Below, in pieces: positions 1 to 9,709 of a stretch of DNA of 64,000 nucleotides; the stretch's first letter is position 1, and each line of letters begins with the position of its first letter. Source of the stretch: Mytilus californianus (lineage: Eukaryota); contig NW_026262734.1 of the NCBI RefSeq assembly GCF_021869535.1, positions 19,592,001 through 19,656,000 on the forward strand, in the 5' to 3' direction. The notes under the pieces were generated by a model, which did not search any database, was not told the DNA's origin, and saw only the letters and a program-made list of their open reading frames with translations. The position numbers and the translations under genes are program-made.

Positions 1-304
1 CAGCAGAAGGTCACCAACAGGTCTTCAATGCAGCGAGAAATTCCCGCACCCGGAGGCGTCCTTCAGCTGGCCCCTAAACAAATATATATACTAGTTCAGT
101 GATAATGAACGCCATACTAAACTCCAAATTGTACACAAGAAACTAAAATTAAAAATAATACAAGACTAACAAAGGCTAGAGGCTCCTGACTTGGGACAGG
201 CGCAAAAATGCGGCGGGGTTAAACATGTTTATGAGATCTCAACCCTCCCCCTATACCTCTAGCCAATGTAGAAAAGTAAACGCATAACAATACGCACATT
301 AAAA
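1..304 (-). repeat. 3' tail fragment of the Penelope-like (Naiad-type) retroelement family, truncated by the window edge
   Basis: Reverse complement of 57712-58015; I saw only about one mismatch by eye. Confidence 0.85.
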
Positions 305-1640
305 TAAGCATACCAGTTAACATTTCAATAAAGTTTCGACCAGTTGAATCTTATAATGAAAGATTTGGATTTTGGATTTTTTTTTACATTTTTGAGGTTT
401 CCATGGAAACGGTGGCCATCTTGGAAAATTCCATAGTCAGATGCACAACTTCACATGGTGCTTTACATTATATCATAGTTTCATCAACATTGGTTCATTC
501 ATTTCCGAGAACTAGCGCGGACAAAAAAGTGTTGAAGAAAAATAAAAAGAAACTAGATTTGTAATTGCTAGCAATAACGGATGGCTACCTTCCACCATTG
601 CCAGGCGAGCGGCAGCCATTTAGAAAATTCCAAAGTCAAAGAGTGCATCTACACAAGCAAATTTTAATTTTTGTATAGTTTCATTAAGTTTGGAGCATTT
701 TGAACTTTTGGACATTTTTGCTGTTTCCATGATTACAGCGGCCATTTTGAAAATTCCAACTTCAAAATGCAACTCTGCCCATGCCAGTTACTATTTCTGT
801 AAAGTTTCATCCAGTTTGCAGCATTTTCATTTTTTTTTTTGAAATTTTGGACATGTTTGTTGTTTCCATGGTTACAATGGATAATTCCAAAATTCTAAAA
901 GCAGACATCTCATTGCCTCATATCATGTTATATATCAATACAGTTTCATTGACTTTAGTGAAATACTTTTTAAGAAAATGCTGATTTTATGCATTTTCAC
1001 ATAGGGTCAATGTAAAACTTGCCCCCAGTTTCCATGACAACGGCGGCCATTTTGGACTATCCAAATATTGTCTTGACATCTTAGCATACTGGGTAACATT
1101 TTCACAAAGTTTCATCCAGTTGGTTCTTATAATGAAAGAGTTAGAATTTTTGATATTTTAGCTGTTTCCATGGTAACGGCAGCCATTTTGAAAATTCCAA
1201 AGTCAAACTGCAAATCAGCACATGCCAGTTACCATTCTTGTTGAGTATCTTCCAGTTTGGAACACTTTGATTTTTTTCGCATTTTTGCTGTTTCCATGGA
1301 AACGGCGGCCATCTTTTACCATTCCATACCAAGGTGCACTACTTGAGATGGAGGTCATCATTATAGTAAAATTCCATCAACATCGGTCCATTAAATTCCG
1401 AGAAACACGACAGACAAAATGTGTGGAAGAAGAATAAAAAAAAAAAGAAACGTAGAATAACAATATGTCACCCCAACTCCGTTGAGGGTGCCATAAAAAA
1501 AGAAACGTAGAATAACAATATGTCACCCCAACTCCGTTGAGGGTGCCATAACAATATATCAGCCCTATTACCATAAGGGTGACATAAAAAAAGGAACAGA
1601 GGAAAAGCAATATGTCATCCGACATTGTCGATCGGGTGAC
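305..1640. repeat. Degenerate non-autonomous repeat cluster with recurring GTTTCCATGG-AACGGC-GCCAT-TT units and stacked terminal hairpins
   Basis: Motif recurs near 400, 725, 1030, 1165 and 1290. There is a ~55-bp tandem duplication at 1440-1550 and ATGTCACCC...GGGTG(A/C)CAT-like hairpins at 1463-1635. Confidence 0.55.
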
Positions 1641-1924
1641 ATGATTAACAAAAATCCTAAGACAAAAAGTACAGATTTGAGAGGACTCACCGTTACCGCA
1701 GCTATTTCAAAGCCAATAACAACTAATTACAAATTAATGTACATAAGACTAGCACACCTGGTATTAAGTCTCTTTCCAATAATTTGACCTATAACCATAG
1801 GTTATATGTTAACATCTTGTTCATTAGTTTGGTCTTCTTAAAAAAAAGGCTCATAAAGAAAATAATATTTGGCACTGTTATGATAATTATGTCAAGTTTC
1901 AAGTTAAAAAGTTATTTGAAGTCT

Positions 1925-2544
1925 AGTTGCGAGTGAAAATGGTGAGTTGCGAGTTGCAAATAGTCGAATTACGAGTTATCAATGTCGAATTGCGAGTAAT
2001 ACGTAACCAATGCCGTGTTGTGAGGTACAAAAGTCGGTTTGCAGTTAAGAAAGTCGAAATTTATGTAACAAAAAGAGATGAATCTGCTGATTTTTTCTCG
2101 AAATTACGAAAACTAGCAAAATTAATAAAGGCGGGAGATACCTAGGGTACATACAAAATCATAAGTTGAACACATCTTCTTGATTTTTAACGTAACAAAG
2201 TTAATATGAAAATAATAAAGTCCGAGAACCCCTTATCAAGCGAAATGGCGAAATTTTTTAAATTGACATTTCTATAGAATATCTAAGAGAATGAATCAGC
2301 AACAAATGAAGAATCAATGTTCACGTGTAGGGATGGTTATACACGCATATATGACATGTTCTTTATATGAAGCAGCATTTTAAGCTCACATTACTAATTT
2401 CTAAATTAAACCTGACAGCCCATCTGATTTCAGTCATGTTGCAGTGATTTCCCTAATGCTACAATGAGACCAAAATGTTAACACTATTTTTGTCATCAAA
2501 TCAATCTAGAAAAAAGAATTTATACTTAGCCCTTTTTTATTATT
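1925..2544 (+). repeat. Left part of a host duplicated segment interrupted by the Polinton
   Basis: Collinear with ~28540-29232 (GTCGAGTTGCGAGTTA microrepeats followed by the same unique sequence); continues at 21661. Confidence 0.8.
2539..2544. repeat. Left target-site duplication ATTATT
   Basis: Identical 6-mer at 21661-21666; a 6-bp TSD is typical of Polinton integrases. Confidence 0.93.
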
Positions 2545-2653
2545 AGTAGTATTGTAGTGCACGTTCTGAAACAGGAGCAGCTTGGAGGAACTTGGAGGAG
2601 GTCAATCAAAGTTCAAATAAGTGACATTCCAGCAATTGTCAGAATGATGTCAT
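2545..2653 (+). repeat. Left terminal inverted repeat
   Basis: AGTAGTATTGTAGTGCACGTTCTGAAAC...AGAATGATGTCAT; reverse complement of 21552-21660 with one mismatch. Confidence 0.95.
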
Positions 2654-3141
2654 CAGGAATGTTGAAACCTGAACCATAGGAATGTGTGGAATGTGTGTAC
2701 TGATGTATTGTTGATTTTATGAATATTGGTTTAATTTTTTTGAACTAATAAATTTAAACAAGTAACATTCCAACAATTGTAAGAATGTTGTAACGTCAAT
2801 CATAGGAATGCGTGTAAATAGTAAACATTGGTATACCTCTTTCAATAAAGTAACTAATTTTAAAAGAAAATGAATGAAAAGCAGATTCATGACTTTTTAA
2901 CATTTACAGATCGACTTACAGATATATATACATTTTTCTTCAGCAGATACCTTAATCGTTGTTTGCTGTTGAAACTTAAAAACAGTTATTATCGAAAGGA
3001 AAGATTAATAGAAAAACGAAAATATGAAATTCTTTGTTCATTTATTGCACCTTAATTAAAAGTCAGCGTTCAAGGATAATGATAAAACCTTTATAACCTG
3101 CCTTTTTCGTTTAGTTTTGATCAGGATATCGTTGGGTAAAG

Positions 3142-3609
3142 ATGTCCAGAAAGAATTCTAATGATCAGATAGACAGCTTTATTTTTGACACAAGCAAAAA
3201 TTCAATGAACCGATCGAGTATAGCAGCTAGCCTGGAATCTTTGTATGAAAACTACAATGTTCACATACATACGTTAAAATGGTCAGGAGTTGCGATATTA
3301 CTATCCATGATATTAGCAACGCTCGTCCTTACAACTGATATTTATTCATCCGTTCACCTTCCAAGTCATAATTCCTCTGACTGCATCCAAATTAAGACTT
3401 GTGGACCAAATATTTGTAAATTTGTAAAACAGATCAATCTTCCTCACAACTATATTCTTAGTATTTGTGAACAATATAATGAGGTAGATATTAGAGAATT
3501 CATCAGAGGGAAGCCAACGAATAATGCCGTTCAACTTAACATTGATCAACTACGCTACATAAAACAAATTCTACCAACAATATTGAAAAATGCTAAGAGG
3601 AGAAATTAA
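3142..3609 (+). CDS. Polinton accessory protein: single TM segment plus C-terminal PC4/Sub1-like domain (155 aa)
   Basis: Hydrophobic WSGVAILLSMILATLVLTT segment. C-terminal VDIREFIRGKPTNNAVQLNIDQLRYIK resembles the PC4 pattern IDIREY..KPG.KGISL..EQW..LK (by eye). Confidence 0.6.
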   Translation: MSRKNSNDQIDSFIFDTSKNSMNRSSIAASLESLYENYNVHIHTLKWSGVAILLSMILATLVLTTDIYSSVHLPSHNSSDCIQIKTCGPNICKFVKQINLPHNYILSICEQYNEVDIREFIRGKPTNNAVQLNIDQLRYIKQILPTILKNAKRRN

Positions 3610-3787
3610 TCGATTTCTTCACGCATGAATATTTTAGCTAGAAAACTATATTATGTTCCATGAATTTCAAGTATGTGAATAATTTATAGAACAATACCAA
3701 GTATGTGAATAATGTTAACTATTTGACCATTAAATATATATATTCCATGAAATTCGAAGCTAATGTAGTTCATAAGAAAAACCTAAG

Positions 3788-4201
3788 ATGGACCAACAAG
3801 AAAAGAACCGTCTGGTCTGGCACTCATATACATTATATATGTTTAAATTTGCTGAAAATATTATAAAACATACTAGGAAATTAGCAAAAGAACATTGTTA
3901 TGGATGTGAAGTGGATCACCCTAGTCAAAGACACCATACTTGCATTATGTGGACAGACGAAGAACATTTAAATCTATACTTTGATGAAGCCTTTAATTCA
4001 ATGAAGACAGAAACCATTACAGCTCAGTGGAAGGAGGAAATTGAACAATTAAATATACCAGAATTATTGATGACCAGGTTGTTTTCATTTCTTGAAAAAG
4101 AAGCACCTTCACGGGAAGCAATACAAGTCACGGCAGAAAGAATGAGAGCGTTGGAGGAACGTTTTTTTATAACTAATAAAGTGACGTTTAAATTGATGTG
4201 A
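3788..4201 (+). CDS. Polinton accessory protein with putative Zn-binding motif (137 aa)
   Basis: CYGCEVDHPSQRHHTC (CxxC...H...HxC) cluster in an intact ATG-started ORF. Confidence 0.7.
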   Translation: MDQQEKNRLVWHSYTLYMFKFAENIIKHTRKLAKEHCYGCEVDHPSQRHHTCIMWTDEEHLNLYFDEAFNSMKTETITAQWKEEIEQLNIPELLMTRLFSFLEKEAPSREAIQVTAERMRALEERFFITNKVTFKLM

Positions 4202-4340
4202 CAATTTTTTTTTATGTGACTGCTCAGTAAACAACATATTGTGACTTTTGTTTTATCATATAATAAAATACAATATATATAACTGCTTTTGTTTTATTCT
4301 TTTCACTTTTAGTATAGTGTTTCAGTTGTCGCTTCAGATA

Positions 4341-5453
4341 ATGAATGACCAATACAAGGTCCTCGAAAAAATATATTATCAGTTTTCCCAAGGTGGTGCA
4401 TATGTCGGTCCTGATAAATTGTACAGAATATTGAAATCCAAAGGTATAACAATAGGTAGACATCGCGTTCGAAAATGGCTACAGGATCAAGACAGTTACA
4501 GTCTGCAAAAACCAGCTCGAAAGTCTTTTCGTAAAGCACGAGTGGTAGTATCTGGTATTGACGACCAATTCGACGCTGATTTAGCGAACATGTCTAATTT
4601 AAAAGACTCCAACGATCAGTTTTCCCAGCTGTTGTTTGTTATAGACATCTTCAGTAAGTACCTCTGGATCCAGCCTCTGAAAAATAAAACAGCAAAAGAA
4701 GTGGTTAGAGGATTCCAAGTAATATTCAAGAATGGAAGAAAGTGTAATAAATTAAGAACGGATAATGGGACGGAGTTCACCTCTAACGTTTCAAAGTCAT
4801 ATTTTCAAAACGAAGGCATATATCATTTCACAACACAAAATTCAAATACAAAGGCAAATATATGCGAACGTGTCATCAAAACTATAAAAACCAAAATGTA
4901 TAGATATTTCACAGAGAACAGAACATATCGATATATTGATGTATTACAAGATTTAACGTCAAGCTATAATGCAACACCACATCGAACTTTGAATAATATT
5001 GCTCCGAAAGATGTAAACAGTAATAACGAAGCGGATATTTGGGCACACATGTATTTGAAAGCGAAGACGTCAAATAAGGGACTCAAACCCTATCATTTTA
5101 GAATAAATGATTTAGTTAGAATTGCAAGTAAGAATTCAACATTTGAAAGATCATATGATGAGCACTTTACCCGAGAAATTTTTAAAGTACGTAAACGCTT
5201 TCGCATGCAAGGAATACCGATGTATCGTTTAAAATCATTTTTAGACACGGCAGGCGTCATTCGAGGCAACTTTTATGAAAATGAGATGCAGAAAGTTCAT
5301 AAAAATGAAGATAGTTTATGGTATATAGAAAAAAAAATACGCAAACGTAAGAGAAAAGGTATCACTGAATGGCTTGTAAAATTTGAAGGGTGGCCAAAGG
5401 AATATAACCAATGGGTAGCTGAACAAGACATCACAGACAAGGCTGATAGCTAA
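4341..5453 (+). CDS. int: Retroviral-like DDE integrase with C-terminal chromodomain
   Basis: Catalytic motifs FDADL, LRTDNGTEF and ANICERVIKT; chromodomain WYIEK...EWLVKFEGWPKEYNQWV. Likely start is ATG 4341, because the ORF-track extension from 4248 is AT-rich. Confidence 0.95.
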   Translation: MNDQYKVLEKIYYQFSQGGAYVGPDKLYRILKSKGITIGRHRVRKWLQDQDSYSLQKPARKSFRKARVVVSGIDDQFDADLANMSNLKDSNDQFSQLLFVIDIFSKYLWIQPLKNKTAKEVVRGFQVIFKNGRKCNKLRTDNGTEFTSNVSKSYFQNEGIYHFTTQNSNTKANICERVIKTIKTKMYRYFTENRTYRYIDVLQDLTSSYNATPHRTLNNIAPKDVNSNNEADIWAHMYLKAKTSNKGLKPYHFRINDLVRIASKNSTFERSYDEHFTREIFKVRKRFRMQGIPMYRLKSFLDTAGVIRGNFYENEMQKVHKNEDSLWYIEKKIRKRKRKGITEWLVKFEGWPKEYNQWVAEQDITDKADS

Positions 5454-5455
5454 AC

Positions 5456-5875
5456 ATGAGCATGTATGTAATTTTAAGTAGCGATAAGTCCATGAAATAT
5501 TTTCCAAATAACAAACCTTACAGGTTTAGATCACATTTAAGTTCACCTTTAGTACTTGACGGAACGTGGAGGGTTGGACTCGTGGAAGCTGATATTACAT
5601 CAACATCATCAATACAAGATTCGTTATACTTACATTCAAATGTATGTGAGGAATCGATCGTTGATGGAGAAAAAAAAGGAGTTCTGAGACGACTGACACC
5701 TACTGCTATTGGAGATTGGACTATCATCATGGATACGCCCCATTACATGCCTGTAAAAGTAAAAGAGATCTACAACATAGAAATTATTATAACAAATGAC
5801 AATGACGATTTATCTTCATTTATAGACAGACCTTCTACAGTCACACTTCATTTTAAGTCATTTCCATTTTCATGA
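5456..5875 (+). CDS. Minor capsid protein (penton, single jelly roll), compact 139-aa form
   Basis: Y.ILSSD.S..YFP.N....F...L..P..L.G.W.VGL.E N-terminal pattern, LYLHSNVCEESIVDG, and C-terminal TLHFK; lies between INT and MCP. Confidence 0.85.
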   Translation: MSMYVILSSDKSMKYFPNNKPYRFRSHLSSPLVLDGTWRVGLVEADITSTSSIQDSLYLHSNVCEESIVDGEKKGVLRRLTPTAIGDWTIIMDTPHYMPVKVKEIYNIEIIITNDNDDLSSFIDRPSTVTLHFKSFPFS

Positions 5876-6339
5876 ATATGGATTTAAGTAGAATGTATAT
5901 CCCTAATCCTAAAAAATGGATACAATTTTATGATGCAATTGGGAAACAAAAATATAACCCATCTGCAAATCTGAAAAAACAAGCTTACAATAACCAAGTT
6001 GGTGGATCATTAACTGGAACATCAAAACCGTTTATGATTCCTGTGGGTACAATGTCCGCAAACAAGGCTGATTTTTCGAAAGATGTCAAGGTCAAATTAG
6101 TGTCAACAAGCGAACAATTTCTCGAACAAGCCAAAGAAGAAGTCGGAGACACACACGGTTTGAAAAGAAAAGGATCGAAACAAATTATTCATTCTACAAA
6201 ACAACCTCGACAAAGTAAGACGAAGTTAAATAAGGAGAAAGGCAAACCGAGAAAAAATCCCAGGCCAGCAAAACAAACGAAGTCAGGTCTTTCACAAAAA
6301 CCTAAATTCATATATAAAGATATTTTAAGTAAAAAATAA
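5872..6339 (+). CDS. Basic putative virion core/DNA-condensing protein (155 aa)
   Basis: VKLVSTSEQFLEQAKEEV segment, Lys-rich C-terminal half and a NQVGG candidate protease site; stop/start overlaps with both neighbours. Confidence 0.7.
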   Translation: MNMDLSRMYIPNPKKWIQFYDAIGKQKYNPSANLKKQAYNNQVGGSLTGTSKPFMIPVGTMSANKADFSKDVKVKLVSTSEQFLEQAKEEVGDTHGLKRKGSKQIIHSTKQPRQSKTKLNKEKGKPRKNPRPAKQTKSGLSQKPKFIYKDILSKK

Positions 6340-7664
6340 TGGCTTCGTTTACCACCGACGAAATGCAAGAGGCACAACCAAGTGGACTTGACATTTTCTC
6401 TATCCCTCCTTATCAGACGGCCGTGGAGCGTATGTATTATCAAGACGTTCGAACTAATTCACAATTGAGTGGAAACACACCCTTAGAATTTAACGTTTCT
6501 GGACAAAACGGGTTAGAATATGTTGATTTGAAGAGAACAAAATTGTATGTAAAAGCTAAAATAAGGAAAGCAGATGGATCTTCTTTAACAGATACGGAAT
6601 ATGTTGGACCAGTGAATTTGTTTTTACACGCAATGTTTGCACAAGTAGACGTTGCATTACAGGGTAAACTTATTTCGACAGCTACCAACCAATATCCATA
6701 TAAGGCAATGATACAAACATTGTTGTCTTATGGAAGTGATGCTAAAAAAACTCAATTGGGTGCACAGCTTTGGAAGAAAGACACACCCGGATATGTTGAT
6801 GCCAATGATGTAAAGAATTCTGGAAATCAGGCTTTGTATGAGCGCTTTAAGTTATTTGCAGGATCAAAAACATGTGACATGGAAGGTCCCTTACTTAACG
6901 ACCTTTGTAGTATTGATCGCTTTATAATTAATCAAGTACCTATCAGTGTAAAATTGTACAGATCAAGACCAGATTTTTGTCTCGTAACAGCAGAAGAAAA
7001 TCCAAATTTCGAAGTGGTCATTGAAGATATCGTTCTGAAAGTCTGTAAATTACAGATAAACCCAGCAGTGATAGTGGCTCAAGCTCAAAAATTACAATCA
7101 ACCAATGCAAGATACCCCTTCACAAAATCTCAGATCATACCTATGAACATTCCAAGTGGTACTTTGAATATTAACTTTCCAGATTTATTTCTTGGGTCAT
7201 GTCCAGCCCGAGTTGTAATTGGATTTGTTGATGCCGAAGCTGCTGCAGGTAGTTACATCACAAACCCCTTCAACTTTGAGCATTTTAACCTGAAAAACAT
7301 TGGATTATACGTGAATAACATACCCGTTTCAGGTAACATTTTACAGATCAATTTTGACGCTACCACCGGTCGAACGATCATACCGGCATATACAAAATTA
7401 TTCCAAATAACAGAAAAAGACACTCGAGATTCTGGTAATCAAATCACCCGAGATGACTTTGCTAAAGGATATGCATTGTACTGCTTCGAATTAGAACCAG
7501 AATTTGGAGAAAGTGCACACTATTTAACCTTAATAAAACAAGGAAATGTCAGACTAGAAGCTCAGTTTGGTACTGCTCTATCAAAAGCAATCACCTGTTT
7601 CATATATTCAGAACAACAGGGGATGTTTGGTATAACGGCAACTCGCACTATCGAAATAGAATGA
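6339..7664 (+). CDS. Major capsid protein (double jelly roll, hexon-like), 441 aa
   Basis: YVDLKRTKLYV, VNLFLHAMFAQVDV, YPYKAMIQTLLSYG and NPFNFEHF motifs typical of Polinton PY/MCP. Confidence 0.93.
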   Translation: MASFTTDEMQEAQPSGLDIFSIPPYQTAVERMYYQDVRTNSQLSGNTPLEFNVSGQNGLEYVDLKRTKLYVKAKIRKADGSSLTDTEYVGPVNLFLHAMFAQVDVALQGKLISTATNQYPYKAMIQTLLSYGSDAKKTQLGAQLWKKDTPGYVDANDVKNSGNQALYERFKLFAGSKTCDMEGPLLNDLCSIDRFIINQVPISVKLYRSRPDFCLVTAEENPNFEVVIEDIVLKVCKLQINPAVIVAQAQKLQSTNARYPFTKSQIIPMNIPSGTLNINFPDLFLGSCPARVVIGFVDAEAAAGSYITNPFNFEHFNLKNIGLYVNNIPVSGNILQINFDATTGRTIIPAYTKLFQITEKDTRDSGNQITRDDFAKGYALYCFELEPEFGESAHYLTLIKQGNVRLEAQFGTALSKAITCFIYSEQQGMFGITATRTIEIE

Positions 7665-8170
7665 ATACCAATCAGTTGAAAAGTATTATTTCCTGTGACG
7701 CAGATTTAAAGAAACGAGTGGTTGGTATTTTTGCCTCAGATCAATTACCCAATAATGTACGTGAACTAACTGGATTAATTGTAAACACGGATCCAATATC
7801 TAAACCAGGTCAACACTGGATTGCCTTTTATGTGAACAAACAGCAAGAGCTAGAATGTTTCGATTCGTATGGCAATTCGTCAGATCTATATTCTTCTTCA
7901 ATCAAACATTTCATAAGAAGATATGACAAAGTGACATTTAACAATAAACGTCTCCAGGGAGACAAGACGTCTGTGTGTGGACAATATTGTGTTTTTTTTC
8001 TATGGTGTCGTATCAAAGAAAGGCTGTCGATTGTAAAAATGGGAGAGCTTTTTACAAGTGACTATGACTTAAATGATCGATTTGTATTCGATTTTGTAAA
8101 TGATAAATTGTCTCGATGTTTTATGCTTGTAGAACAATCTCAGATATGTATCAGTAAAAATAAATGTTAA
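7661..8170 (+). CDS. Adenain-like cysteine maturation protease
   Basis: IVNTD...GQHWIAF (His), FDSYG (Asp), Q...SVCGQYC (Gln, Cys). Confidence 0.95.
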   Translation: MNTNQLKSIISCDADLKKRVVGIFASDQLPNNVRELTGLIVNTDPISKPGQHWIAFYVNKQQELECFDSYGNSSDLYSSSIKHFIRRYDKVTFNNKRLQGDKTSVCGQYCVFFLWCRIKERLSIVKMGELFTSDYDLNDRFVFDFVNDKLSRCFMLVEQSQICISKNKC

Positions 8171-8272
8171 TAAAAAATATGACTAACCTCTATACTTGTT
8201 TCTCATTTATCTATAAAAAAACAAACATTCACTATACATGTTACCTTATTATTACTTCAACCTTCAAACAGG

Positions 8273-8944
8273 ATGGAAGGCTTGAAAAAACAGCACGCAA
8301 CATTAAAATTCGAATCACCTACATCCATTTTTATGGTAGGTCCTTCCGGATCTGGTAAGACCGTGTTGACAAAACACCTTCTAGAACAAGCAGATGGGAT
8401 GTTTCAAACTCCACCCTCAAGTATATTTTTCTGCTATTCGATTTGGCAACCATTGTATTCTGAAATGCAACAGAGTGTATCATCCATCTTATTTCACAAG
8501 GGTCTTCCCACCATGGACCAGATAAATGAATGGGGAAGTGAACAGGGACATAAACTGCTAGTATTTGACGATCTTATGATAGAAGCAGCTGATAGTATGG
8601 CATTAGTGCATATTCTTTGTGTTGGCTCTCATCATCATAATATAACAATTCTTCATTTACTTCAAAACGCCTTCCCAAAATCAAAATCAATGCGGACGGC
8701 TTCATTGTCCGTTCATTATTTCATACTCATGAAAACAAAAAGAGACCTTTTACAAATCAATACTTTAGGTAGACAAATATTTCCTGGAAAATTGAAATAC
8801 TTTATGGATGCTTACAATAAATCAACGAGTAAACCGTTTGGTTACTTGGTTCTTGATTTAAGTCTCAAAAGCGACGAACAATATCAGTTGCGTACTAACA
8901 TTCTACCAGGACAGAACCCCATTGTCTATCTTCCTGAAAAATGA
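8273..8944 (+). CDS. A32/FtsK-family genome-packaging ATPase
   Basis: Walker A GPSGSGKT, Walker B LLVFDDLM and SHHHNIT..L.QN motif. Confidence 0.95.
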   Translation: MEGLKKQHATLKFESPTSIFMVGPSGSGKTVLTKHLLEQADGMFQTPPSSIFFCYSIWQPLYSEMQQSVSSILFHKGLPTMDQINEWGSEQGHKLLVFDDLMIEAADSMALVHILCVGSHHHNITILHLLQNAFPKSKSMRTASLSVHYFILMKTKRDLLQINTLGRQIFPGKLKYFMDAYNKSTSKPFGYLVLDLSLKSDEQYQLRTNILPGQNPIVYLPEK

Positions 8945-9234
8945 AGAAGTATGAAGCTTTAGTCAAGTATTTAATGGAATCAAAACAAAGGAAAAAAGTT
9001 ATATCAACCTTATCAAAGACCCAACTACAGGTCGTTACAGAAATTGTTTTCAACGTTATACAAGGAGTATGTCCTCTCTCAGATAACGATATAAATACGC
9101 TAAGAAGACACAAAGCAGCCATTCGTAGATTAACCGTTTCGAACTTAACACTGAAAGAAAGACGGATTCGTTTGCAGAACATCAGTAGAGTTTTACCAAT
9201 TTTACTTACATCATATATGAAATATGTCGCGTGA
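8941..9234 (+). CDS. Conserved small basic Polinton protein (protein X/'gasderminX'-like of adintovirus annotations), 97 aa
   Basis: TEIVFNVIQGVCPLS...LRRHKAAIRRL pattern recalled from Polinton small ORFs; ATGA overlap with the ATPase gene. The family name is an inference. Confidence 0.6.
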   Translation: MKKYEALVKYLMESKQRKKVISTLSKTQLQVVTEIVFNVIQGVCPLSDNDINTLRRHKAAIRRLTVSNLTLKERRIRLQNISRVLPILLTSYMKYVA

Positions 9235-9610
9235 AATGGTGCTTATTCCTAAATATAAGTATGATAGACTAATTAAAGACTTTGAAAACAAACAACTTAA
9301 TGATGAACATCATGAAAAAAAACCCCAAGAAGACCATACTGAAGAAATTTTTACGACAGAAAACGACATTAAACCACAAAACAAGGACGATGTAGAAGGA
9401 CAAAAAATAAATATGGATGAACATCAAGAGACAAAAATACACAACGAAAATTTAAATGGGGTTGAAACCGAAAAATCTCAGTCGTATCTAAAAATGAAAC
9501 CTTCAACATTTCTTAAAGTCAAACAACTTAAAAGCACAATGAGGAATGCAGGGGTAAAAACTATGAAAAGGTCACAAACTAGAACAAAATGGTTGACATT
9601 TAAAATATGA
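9224..9610 (+). CDS. Polinton protein of unknown function (128 aa)
   Basis: EMVLIP..KY..L N-terminus, acidic middle and basic C-terminus ending KWLTFKI; overlaps the upstream ORF by 11 nt. Confidence 0.65.
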   Translation: MSREMVLIPKYKYDRLIKDFENKQLNDEHHEKKPQEDHTEEIFTTENDIKPQNKDDVEGQKINMDEHQETKIHNENLNGVETEKSQSYLKMKPSTFLKVKQLKSTMRNAGVKTMKRSQTRTKWLTFKI

Positions 9611-9709
9611 GTGGTATGTCAGAAATGTTTACAATAGAATGTGTGGAATCCCTGATATTTATAAATATATAAGAGCCGCAATCTGTTCACATTATTATTC
9701 ACATCGACC

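Noticed and set aside
2870-3055. 61-aa ORF after the left TIR
   Set aside because: Short with no recognisable motif; possible but unsupported.
4248-4340. N-terminal 31-aa hydrophobic extension of integrase
   Set aside because: AT-rich, low-complexity translation typical of intergenic DNA; ATG 4341 gives a normal integrase start.
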